64,000 nucleotides of DNA from Eledone cirrhosa (Eukaryota). The notes under the pieces were generated by a model that was not told the DNA's origin, made no database searches, and saw nothing but the letters and a program-made list of their open reading frames with translations. The DNA lies in contig OZ024742.1 of NCBI GenBank assembly GCA_964016885.1, positions 95,480,001 to 95,544,000 on the forward strand. Direction: 5' to 3'. The translations under genes and the position numbers were made by a program. This document shows, in pieces, positions 52,732-64,000 of the stretch. Each line of letters begins with the position of its first letter. Position 1 is the stretch's first letter.

Positions 52732-53179
52732 AGTGGTGCTAGACCCAGGGTTACTTACTCCGGTAAGTACCACCGGCATCTAACTACTAATTTTAATAAA
52801 GAAAAATTGTAGGAGATTTTCTATAACACCATGCCGAAATGAGAGTTATCTCTCACTACAAAGGTAATGATTAAAAGCGTAACCAGTTTCTCAAAGCGAG
52901 TATCAAATATAAATTTTCATTTATTGTAGTTCCATGTTACAATTGTGGTAAACAAATATCCTCGTACATAATTAGGTACAATCCTGATCCATGAGAGGTG
53001 GTTAGAGAAAAATTAACATGCTTGTGCTCGGTGTTGTCAATTCGAAGAAAAGCGCCAAAAGTGATTGAGATTGATTTGAGTTGACTCTTTTATATCCTTT
53101 GACCGGAAGTTACAAGGAAGGTTCTAGAATTTCAACGGTAAGTAACTCTAGCTACTTCCCTTGTCTAGAGAGCGCTACA
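52732..53179 (-). repeat. 5' LTR
   Basis: About 6 substitutions versus the 3' LTR by eye; followed by the PBS. Confidence 0.95.
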
Positions 53180-53184
53180 AGGGC

Positions 53185-53585
53185 ATCCAACTGCAGAAAC
53201 CATAGCAAAAAATATGTTGAAAGGACTCATTAGTCGTGTCAGGGACATAATATCCTCGTTAGTGGTGATGGTACAATACAATGCACCTAATATATTCTGT
53301 AACATAGTTGGTGATGTTAGGGCATCCAGCCATAGAAACCTTTCCAAACAAAAGAACAAGAAGACTCTTCAGTTGTGCCAAATGCATGACAACATTCCTA
53401 GAACTGGTGGCAAGACAAAACACATACATTACACTCTGTAGTGCAGCAATGTTAGTGAGATACATATCTCCTTACTATCTTGGAGGTCTTTAGCTCTGAT
53501 TAAGAGTAGACTCGATCTATAATACCCCGTCCAACCATTGCTAGCAAGGAAAATGGACATTAAGTAGAGATGATGATGATGATAA
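53185..53585 (+). mobile_element. Degenerate RTE 3' UTR with (GAT)n tail
   Basis: GGGCATCCAGCCATAGAAACC; CCATTGCTAGCAAGGAAAATGGAC(GAT)n. Confidence 0.6.
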
Positions 53586-53818
53586 TGATTGTGTGCTTGT
53601 GTGTGTATGTGTATGTGTGTTATACTGTAAATTAACTGAAACAGCTGTGTGTGGTTTAGTCAAGAAGCTGGGGTATCAGCCATTAGAGCAGCTGTCTATG
53701 CTTAAATATAATAAATAAAGAAAGAAATAAAGAAATATATCTATGTTTTTTGTCAGCTCTAGTAAAACAAATATAATGACATGTGCAACACTATCATCCA
53801 CCTCACCACCAGCATTGG

Positions 53819-53850
<32 letters not shown>

Positions 53851-54067
53851 TTATTATCATTATTAACATCATCAAAATATTAGTATGCGTGGTTATTGTG
53901 ATTATGGTGTTAAAGGATGATCATGGTGGTAGTGAGGGTATAGATATGGAAGTAATGGTTGTAGTGGAGGTAAGATGATGTGTGTTAGTAGTATAGTGGA
54001 GTTAATGGTGATTGTGACCATAGTGATGTTGGTTGTATAATCTCTGGTTGAGATGGTGGTATTATTA

Positions 54068-54252
54068 TGGTTGGCAGTATCAGTAGACGGTCGGACGCCA
54101 TGCTTTCCAGCATAGTTACGTCCCTTTACGATCTGAGTTCAAATCCCGCCGAGGTTGACTTTGCCTTTCATCCTTATGGGGGTCGATAAAATAAAGTACC
54201 AGTAATGCACTGGGTAATTGCTGGGCTCGTGCTTAAAGTAGAAACAATTATT
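54068..54252 (+). mobile_element. tRNA-headed SINE (3916-4105 family)
   Basis: TGGCAGTATCAGTAGA..GAGTTCAAATCCCG. Confidence 0.82.
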
Positions 54253-54254
54253 AT

Positions 54255-55310
54255 GGTGACATGGTAGTTATAGTGTGGTAGACTTGGTAATAGTGGTGTA
54301 TTAGTGTTGGTTTTATTGTGGTAGTGTTGGTTGTAGTGATGCGATAGAGTTGGTAGTAGTGGTGTAGTATTGGTTGTAGTGTTGATTGTAGTTATGTCAT
54401 AGATTTGATGTTTGTGGTGTGGTAGTCTTCATGGTAGGGGTGTAGCATTGTTGGCTACAGTGATGTAGCATACTTTATGGTAGTTATGTGGTAGTATTGG
54501 TAGCTGTAGTGTTGTAGTGATGGTTATGATGTGATAGTAATGGTATGATAGTGATGGTTGTAATGGCATACTATGTAGTGGAGTTGTATGGTAGTGGTTG
54601 TAGTGGAGTAGTATTGAGAAGGTTGTGGTGTGGGATGGTAGCAGAGGTAGTAGATGAGGTTTGGTATGGTGGGGATGCAAAGTAGAGGTAGATGCGGTGT
54701 AGTATGACGGTAGATGTAGTAGATGTGGTGTGGTATAGCAGTAGAGGTGGTAGGTATGGTGGTTCTGTTTGTATTCAGTTTGATGTTAAAAAGCTAAAAT
54801 AATGTCAGCAGCAGCTGTAACAACAACAACAATAACAACAGTTGAAATACAACAGTAACAAGAACACCAATAACTGCAAAGAACATGACAGCTGCACTAA
54901 TAACTCCAACAATGCAAACAACAAAACAACATAAAGTAGGAACAACAGCAACAACAAAATCAACAACAGTTAAGGCTAAAAGAAGCAACAACAACAGTGT
55001 AAGATTAAGAGAAACAGCAACAATTGTAACAAAAACAACAACAAAATGAACAACCACCACAACAACAGCAGTGTAAGAGTGAGAGAAACAACATGAATTG
55101 TAACAAAACCACCAACAAAATCAGTATAAGACTAAAAGCAACAACAACAGAAACAACCACAGTGTATGACCATGCGAAACAACCACAACAACAACAACAA
55201 CAACATCAACAATGTAAGAGTAAGAAAAAACAACATAATGATCAAATATAAGATAATGAAAAATAACATCAACATGAATAACAACGACAACAAAAATACA
55301 AACTACAATA
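54255..55310. repeat. Low-complexity (GTA/GTG)-rich then (AAC)-rich tracts
   Basis: Direct reading. Confidence 0.85.
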
Positions 55311-58300
55311 TTAAGACTACTGAGTGATACAGTTATGTAGAAGGTATTTTATTAACTAATAAGCTCTTTAGTTTGTTGCAGCCTTCTTAGGTAATGGCCA
55401 TGCTGAAGCATTGCCTCTACTGCAGTGTTTGTTACGTTTTCACATCATCATAAACTGGGATACTATCTGAGCCAATGTAGAGAGATATGTTGTTGCTTGT
55501 CAATTGTAACTCAAGTGTTCTAGTTTGTAAAATTTCAGCTTCATATATGTGGATATGTGTTTCTGTGTGTGAGAGAAAAGACATATGTAAGTGTTTGTGT
55601 GTGTCTGTGTATGTAAAAGAGAAGGTGTATGTGTTTGCATGTGTGCAAGTGAGTATTTGTGTATGTGTGTGCATGCATGTAAGTGTGTGTGTATGTGTGA
55701 GTATATGTGTGTGTGTGTGTGTCTGAATGTAAGTGAAGGAATGAGTGTAGCACACTTTTGCATGATAGTAAGACACGGGCATGAAATCCAGAGGAGGTGC
55801 AAATGCTGAAAACAAATGCAGCAAGCATGCTCTAATTAATGTGTAATATTAGCGTGCATGAATGGCAAATTACAGATGAATTGAGAGTAAAAACTAATTG
55901 TAGGAGAAGTCAAATGCTTTGAGACAGAGAGAAGATTATATTGGTATGGACACAATGATCTTTGGGTAAAGGTGTATCAGTAGTTTCAAGTAAGAAGGAA
56001 GCTGAAGAAGTGGTAAACCAAAAACGAACTGAGCAGATATGGTAAAAGCTGATCTTAGGACAATGAACCTCACAAAGAAGATGGCGAAGGGCGGACACCA
56101 GTGTTAATGCACTGTTTTTGAGAGGACCTGTCCTGTTCATGCAAACATCCCCCAAAATGTTTAATTAATGACGATGATAAGATGAGGATCTCACCTTAGT
56201 TGCTATGTCCAGTCAGCACCATCACTGTCTACTGCCAGCTGCAACCCAAGCCATCCCATCTGATTAATTACTTTATACTCATATATAGCCATTTTTATAT
56301 ATGTAAAGACATTTGTAAGAACAGGCACACAAACATATAGAGGTACATATATATATATGCATACACATATGCCCATACATATATAAATACACATGCACAC
56401 TCATGTATATGTAACAACAGCTGCACTTAAAGATGATGCATTAGAAACCAATATGGTCTGGATAAATATATTTTTTCCCTTGTTATTTGCTGTTGTTGTC
56501 AACTGTAAGGGGCATACATGCTGTTTACATTAACTGAAATAGATACACATGATGTCTACACAGGTTGTTCAGAGTTAATCCTTTCAAAATCTAAAGAGTC
56601 CACTCTGAAACAATGAATTCATTTCTTATATAATTGTGTGAGAAGGGGTCTGTCTCACATAATTTGACTCATGTTGTCTTGGTACAAATGCAACTAAGAT
56701 GTATATATATACACAAACAAAGAATTATAAGTGGTTATATGCACTTAGTTTTGACTAAGTAAATATTTCTTGGTGACATGGGAATGTTTTTCATCGATAA
56801 GTTGTTAGGTTGTTGTCGCATAGTGTATTCGGTTATTGAAATGGGCCGAGTGGTGCTGGGATAGAGGTGTGGTATAAGTCGAAATGTGTTCTACTACTGT
56901 AGTAGGACTGTTTTGTCACTAGTCTGAAATTATCTGTCAAAACGGCAAGAGCTTATCCATCGGACCCAGACTCTTTCTCTTTCTAATATGTATATGCAGA
57001 TGCACATACGTACTTATACATACCTATATGTATGACTTTGCAAGCATATACAAATTCTGTCTTGTATTGTATATCACAAACCTACATACACATGAGTCTA
57101 TTCACACAGTTGCACACACACACACACACACATATACAGATATATATACACAGGTACACACATATTAACACCGATATGTATGATTTTGTAAGCTAATGCA
57201 TATAGAGGTGGTCCTGTTGCATGTATCTATTCACACAGGTAAATATGCATCAGTGAACATCATTCTGCAATATCACCTTATGTAACAATTGTTGAAATGC
57301 ACATGCACTGCCATGCATACCAGAGTCATTTGCATAAACCTGTACATGCACATTGCTGACATTTACTATTTGACTACACAGAACTTCTGGAAACTTGACA
57401 TTTTTATTGTTCTTATCGTTCTTTCTCTTATTGTTGCTCTGATGATTGCTGTTGCTATTATGATGGTTACTGTGGTTGTGATTGTTACTGTTTTTGTTGT
57501 GATGGTTATTAATGTTTTGATGGCTATTTTTGTTGTTGTTGTTGTGATTCTGTTGTTGTTGTGGTTATTATTATAATTGTTGTTGATGTTATTGTGTTGA
57601 TGGCCACTGTTGTTGTAATGACTACATCAATTGAAAGCATCCATCTTTATATAATTCAGTTAATTATCTGATCTAATCTGGCCGAGTATACACACGCGAA
57701 TAAGAAGAATCAGGGCCGCCTAAGAGCATTGGATTTGGTGTACTTCATATTTATTTCGGTTGCTGAATACAATCAGGGATCGCTGCTTCTCCTGAAGGTC
57801 AATAGTTTTCTTCTAACTCGAGCGGCAGCACCTTTCCATTGATCATCTGCAAAGCCGCATTGTTCTCAGAACCACTACACCAGTCTTTCGATGCATGCAG
57901 CTGGAACTACTGCCTCCCATTGATTTTGCAGGATTTTTATTTTTTTTTTTAGATGGCCGTTGACTCTTATGAGTTCTTCTGCCCTTTGTCTGGTTTTGGT
58001 TTGTCTCCTGCAGGGTGTCCAAAATCACCATCCTCACCAAGTAAACTTGGTGGGGTTGCCGATTTAGTCACCAATGACCCAACCATGCAACAGGTTGTAT
58101 TGGGTTACATTCTACCAGTAGCACTCAAGAGTGACCTGACATTATAATATGTTTAATGAAGCCAATGTTTTGAATGAAGTGTTGCTCTTGTTGTGGAACC
58201 TTGAGCTGATCTGTGATCAAAGACCATCAATGCCCATCCCGTCTAACCTATAGAAGCATGGAAAATAGACATTAAACTGTACTGTATGTATATGTGTATG

Positions 58301-58319
58301 TATATATATATATATATCA

Positions 58320-58790
58320 TCATCATCGTTTAATGTCTATCTTCCACGCTAGCATGGGTAAATATATATATATATCATCATCATTTTACGTCCGTTCTTC
58401 CACGCTAGCATGGGTTAGACGGGTTGTCCTGCTGAGGGCAGTGTCTGGTCGTCTGACCTTGTCTTGCTCATACGGGAACTGATTCTGGCTTGAATTTTAC
58501 AGCTGGATTCCCTTCCTAACACCAACTTCATTTACAATGAGTGCTGAGTGGCACCTACACGCCCACTTTACAGTGTGGGCTGGGTGCTTTTTCGCCGTGG
58601 CACTTCTACGACCACTTTGCAGTGGAATGATAGGGACTCCAGTTCTATCATCTCATTTCTACAGCTGAGTAAACTGGAGCAATGTGAAATAAAGTGTCTT
58701 GCTCAAGGAAACAACACATCACCCGGTACAAGAATTGAACTCACAACCTTTCGATTGCAAGCCCAATGCTCTAAACACTAAGCCATGTGA
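58320..58790 (-). mobile_element. tRNA-headed SINE with RTE-derived tail (14557-14895 family)
   Basis: 58640-58790 is the reverse complement of the 14557-14700 head; RTE 3' UTR and (CAT)n to the left. Confidence 0.72.
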
Positions 58791-58994
58791 TATATATATA
58801 TATATATATATATACATACACACATATATATATATGTATGTGTGTGGATATGTACAAATATAATGCACTCTCTCTATCTCTCTCTCTCACTATATATATT
58901 GAGAGAAAGAGAAAGAGCTAATGTGTTCACATGAATGTCAATTGCAATTAAGTGAAAAAAGTACTCAATGCTGTTAATTAGAATAGGATAATAT

Positions 58995-59180
58995 TAATCG
59001 TTTCTACTTTAGGCACAAAGCCAGCAATTACCCAGTGCATTACTGGTACTTTATTTTATCGACCCCGTAAGGATGAAAGGCAAAGTCAACCTCGGCGGCA
59101 TTTGAACTCAGATCGTAAAGGGACGTAACTATGCTGGAAAGCATGACGTCCGACCCTCTACTGATACTGCCAATCCACCA
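58995..59180 (-). mobile_element. tRNA-headed SINE (3916-4105 family)
   Basis: Near-identical to 3916-4105. Confidence 0.82.
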
Positions 59181-59975
59181 TAGGATAATATTAATAATAG
59201 ATAATTACTGTTTATATACTCATTCGTATAAATTTTGCTAATGCTGGATATTTGAAATGCAAAACTGGCTTCAGAATAGTTAGAACTCAGATGCAGAGAG
59301 AGTAATACATTTAGGATAGTGTGCTACACTTTCTGATAATGGTGATAATAACATAACAACAACAATAACAAAAGTAGGAGCTTGCAGGAATAAAAAAGAA
59401 CAGAAATTGCAATGAAGTTTTAATATGAACAAAATTGTTTGTATGTCTCTGAGACACCTCGAAATAGAAATACGAAGAAAGAAGGCAATAAATATATTCA
59501 ACAAAATATACAAATGAATAAAATATAAAACATGAATAAATAACAAAGAAACCCGATTTAAATATACTAAATAGTGTTGTGGGGTAAGGTAGTGGTGTAA
59601 GTGTGGGTGGAAGTGGTGGTACTAGATTTATTTGAGAAAACAATTTAAAGCGCTCTGGACCTTCCCAACTCTCACTTGCACATTGCTTTCTTTCTTTATA
59701 TGTGTGAATATGTTTGTGTAGAGTTATTGTAAACCCTGCCAAAATAGTTTGCCTCAATGAGCTAATTTCTGTCATAATATAATAAATAGTGATGTTGGTG
59801 ATGATGGTGATGATTGTGTAGATGGTGTGTGGTAGGGAAGGTGACTGGGTATTAGCATTTTCAGTTAAAAAACATTAGATGATTTTTTTGCCAAAAGTTG
59901 TCTGTGTACACATCAATAAATATGTATGTATGTATAATTACCTATATACATACATACATACATATATATACATAT

Positions 59976-60176
<201 letters not shown>

Positions 60177-60233
60177 CATACATACATCCATATATATATA
60201 TATATATATATAAATACATACATACATACATAC

Positions 60234-60264
<31 letters not shown>

Positions 60265-60297
60265 CATACATACATACATATATATATATATACACGT

Positions 60298-60346
<49 letters not shown>

Positions 60347-60522
60347 GGTTAATTCAAATATCCTCTTCGTTTCACATTTTTGCATACATTTAGAGGGTGT
60401 ATGAATCCTTTGTGTATGTGTGCCAATAATGCCATGTGTACACATCTCAACAAATGAAAATATATATGAATATATAAAACCCATGCTAGCGTGGAAAAAT
60501 TGACGTTAAATGCTGATGATGA

Positions 60523-60575
<53 letters not shown>

Positions 60576-60784
60576 TATATATACATATTGTATACATATA
60601 CGTAGATATTGAATCTGTGTGCTTTATTCAGCAGTCTATTATTTTGCCATTGTTTTCAATGAGAAAATGTTTCTACTTAGGTGTTTTTTAAATTGTCTTT
60701 TTCACACTTCATACTTTTCCAACATCTACTATTACAATATGAGCCTTTCTTTTTTTATTTTCTTGTTATACATATATATGCACA

Positions 60785-60835
<51 letters not shown>

Positions 60836-60925
60836 TTGTATACAAATATACATGCATATATATGTTTATTAAGGCTAAATAGTGAGTTCTTGTATGTATA
60901 TATATAATTATATATATATATATAT

Positions 60926-61206
60926 ATCATCATCATCATCATCGTTTAACGTCCATCTTCCACGCTTGCATGGGTTTGGACGGGTATTTTCCTACTTGAC
61001 GCAAGATTGGTTGTCTTGCTCGTATAGGACTGTCTGGCGGGTTTTCTACGGCTGGATGCCCTTCCTAACACCAACCACATTTACAGTGTGGACTGGAAGG
61101 TTTTTACCGTGTTACCTACATGGCCACATCACAGCGTGGACTGTGTATTTTTTTGTTGTGACACCTACACAACCTCATTTGTTTCGGACTCTGCATGTTG
61201 TGGTAC

Positions 61207-61210
<4 letters not shown>
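60926..61210 (-). mobile_element. RTE 3' UTR
   Basis: Reverse complement of 14250-14539. Confidence 0.85.
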
Positions 61211-61297
<87 letters not shown>

Positions 61298-61964
61298 ATT
61301 ATATATGTATATATATTTATATGTATATATATAATTATATATATCATCATAATTCTTTTTTTTTTTTTTGTGCTCATAATTTTGGCACCAGCACCACTTT
61401 ACAGCATGGACTGGATGCGTTTATGTATATATATTGTTATATATGTGTGTGTGTGCGTGTGTATATATGCATGTATATGTATATGTACATACATTAATTT
61501 TACATTCTTTCATTCTACATTTTACATTTTCTATCTTGTGCTTTCGTTTAATAATGGGTCGAATATTATTGTTATTATTATCATAAATATTATTATTATT
61601 ACCCATCATATTATCCTCATATTTTATTATTATTACTCATCATTTTTATCATTATGCATATCATGATTATTAGTGTTATTATTATCGTCAGTAATATATC
61701 ATTATTATTATTATTATTATTAGCGTTTACTCTCTGTTTTTTTTTTTTCATACAAAGTGTGTGAAGTATCGAAGAAGTCATAGTGAAAAACTCCTTGTAT
61801 TTTATGTTGACTTCTATTGCTGTGCAAATTAGAAAGCTATTACAATGCTGATTCATGAGACTGTGTTTAATGAAGTGAGAACTAGCAAATTAAGTGTAAG
61901 GCTATTGCTATGTATGGTTATTAAATGTGTGTCTCTCTATGTATGCCAATGTATATGTGAAAAT

Positions 61965-62061
<97 letters not shown>

Positions 62062-62469
62062 CATTTCTACAGAAATATATACAAATATAAATATATATGT
62101 AGATATATTTATTTCTATTCATAAAAAAACTCCTATATAATTATATATATCCAGTCTGTATTATATATATATATGTATATATATATACACCCATAGATAG
62201 ATATATGGTTAGGTAATATTCACGTATGTAATTCAAAGACAGCATATAGGTACTTATTTCCATTCATAAATACGAATGTTAAGGTGTGTCTGTCTGCATA
62301 TATATTATTTATACACTAGCATGTACTCATAACTCTCTCCCCTTCTCTCTCTATATATATATCCATAAGTGTAAGAAAGGAAAACAGTGTGCAATAGGGA
62401 AGAGAGCTGATTTATTATAATATTTATTTATGTTCAAAACACATGTACATATATATGTATATACATATG

Positions 62470-63350
62470 TGTAAGACAAAAGTGTTGATGAGTAGAAAAG
62501 AGGACAAAACCCTGATTCCATCAGGGAAATGGCCATGTTCGATACGCAGAAAAGGAACTGGCATAAATTCTATAAAATGCACACAATGCAGATCCTGGGT
62601 ACATAAGAGATGTAGCGGGATAGCAGGATAGCAGGCAAACTAACAGGTAGGGAGAAATATGTATGCAGTAGATGTACAGGGAAATTAGACAGTAGAAGTC
62701 GCATTGCTAGACACATTTTTCAGATGCAGGAGGGCGCTATAGAAGTGGTGGATAGCTTCCGGTAATTAGGAGATCAGATTAGCATGGGAGGAGGGTGTTC
62801 CGAGGCCATAGTATCTAGAATAAGGATGGGTTGTAAGAAGTTTAGGGAGCTGCTTCCTCTGTTGACGAAGAAGGGTTTCTCCCTGCGTACAAAATGCCGG
62901 TTGTATGATGCCTGTGTGAGGAGCGCGATGCTGCATGGTTGTGAGACATGGGCAGCAACTGCAGAGGATATGCGTTGGATGTGCAGTGTAAACGTGCGTG
63001 AACGACCCAGCATAAATGTGTTGAGAGAGAAACTGTGTCTGAGAGGGATAGAATGTAGTGTACGGGAGAGGAGACTGAGGTGGTATGGACATGTGATGCG
63101 CATGGAGGATGACCGATGGGTGAAGAAGTGCCAGGAAATGCCAGTTGAAGGAAGACGTATTAGAGGAAGACCACGAAAAACATGGGCGGAGGTGGTGAGA
63201 ACAGACCTCAGATCATTGAAGCTCACTGTGGAGATGATGAAGTACCGTGACGAGTGGAGAGATGCTGTGCTGAATAAGACCCATCCCACCCTTACAAGCA
63301 GGGAAAAGTGGACGTAAAATGATGATGATGATGATGATAATGATGATGAT
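62470..63350 (+). mobile_element. RTE LINE 3' portion (second subfamily, short UTR)
   Basis: KTKVL..WPCSIRRKGTGINSIKCTQCRSWVHKRC; ORF 62784-63317 [24 protein letters not shown]; (GAT)n tail. Confidence 0.92.
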
Positions 63351-63421
63351 ATATATATATAAATATATATATAAATATATGTATATACATATATATATAT
63401 AAATATATATATATATGTATG

Positions 63422-63484
<63 letters not shown>

Positions 63485-64000
63485 ACATATAAATACATAC
63501 ATATCTGTAGATACATATAAGTATGTATGGATATACACATATACATACATTTTTGGTAATATATATGTATTGATTCATGAATAATTCTCTGCTAGTTCCT
63601 CATTCCATAGAAGCAAATTGTTTGAACAAAATCTTGCAATAATGGGTTTAGAAAATTATTAACCATTTTATAATGATACTGTCTATAGAACTATTCTGAA
63701 TAAAAAAAGTGTACATGTATTTTAAGTACCCTATAATCCTAATACTTTACTGAAGAAGCTAAAGGCGAAAAATGTTAAATACCATTCCACAGACAAGCCA
63801 GCTCAAAGAACATAATCATTTAATTTATAATTTCTTGACTTTTAACATTTTCTCTTTCCACCTTCTCTAACTTTGTTTTCATTCTTATTTAATTTCTTTA
63901 GTTTTCCTTATTTATTTAATCATTTGAGAATTTCTTAGAAAACATCAAAATATTTTCTATATATGGGAACCAGTTTTCTTCTTCAAATTATTTGGAAATC

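Larger units (their letters stand above)
49134..53179 (-). mobile_element. Ty3/Gypsy LTR retrotransposon, internally deleted
   Basis: Paired 448-bp LTRs; PBS TGGTGACGC.. near 52714-52727; PPT GAGAGGGGAG near 49585-49594; RT ([22 protein letters not shown]), RNase H (VDASD, FTDHKPL) and integrase C-terminus. Confidence 0.95.

Overview
AT-rich eukaryotic (metazoan) intergenic or intronic DNA, dominated by (TA)n, (CA)n and (GAT)n microsatellites and transposable elements. The composition and repeat types are most consistent with an octopod cephalopod (inference, unverified). No host protein-coding gene could be supported; the many I/Y- or H/T-rich ORFs are microsatellite artefacts. Recognisable elements are RTE-clade LINE fragments (with a PHD-like finger inside the RT), CR1-like fragments, tRNA-headed SINEs, one internally deleted Gypsy LTR element with 448-bp LTRs (49134-53179), and several Penelope-like (PLE; RT + GIY-YIG) fragments. 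The main signal found by reading the sequence is more than 25 type I hammerhead-ribozyme (HHR) motifs, intact or degenerate, in about 15 otherwise unrelated short elements. Almost all sit in or next to (TA)n tracts, with a dense cluster at about 16-24 kb. They occur as tandem retrozyme-like arrays (523-nt and 470-nt monomers) or as head-to-head fold-back insertions, and several carry a compensatory U3-A8 core. All structures were paired by eye; no ribozyme activity or database identity has been verified.
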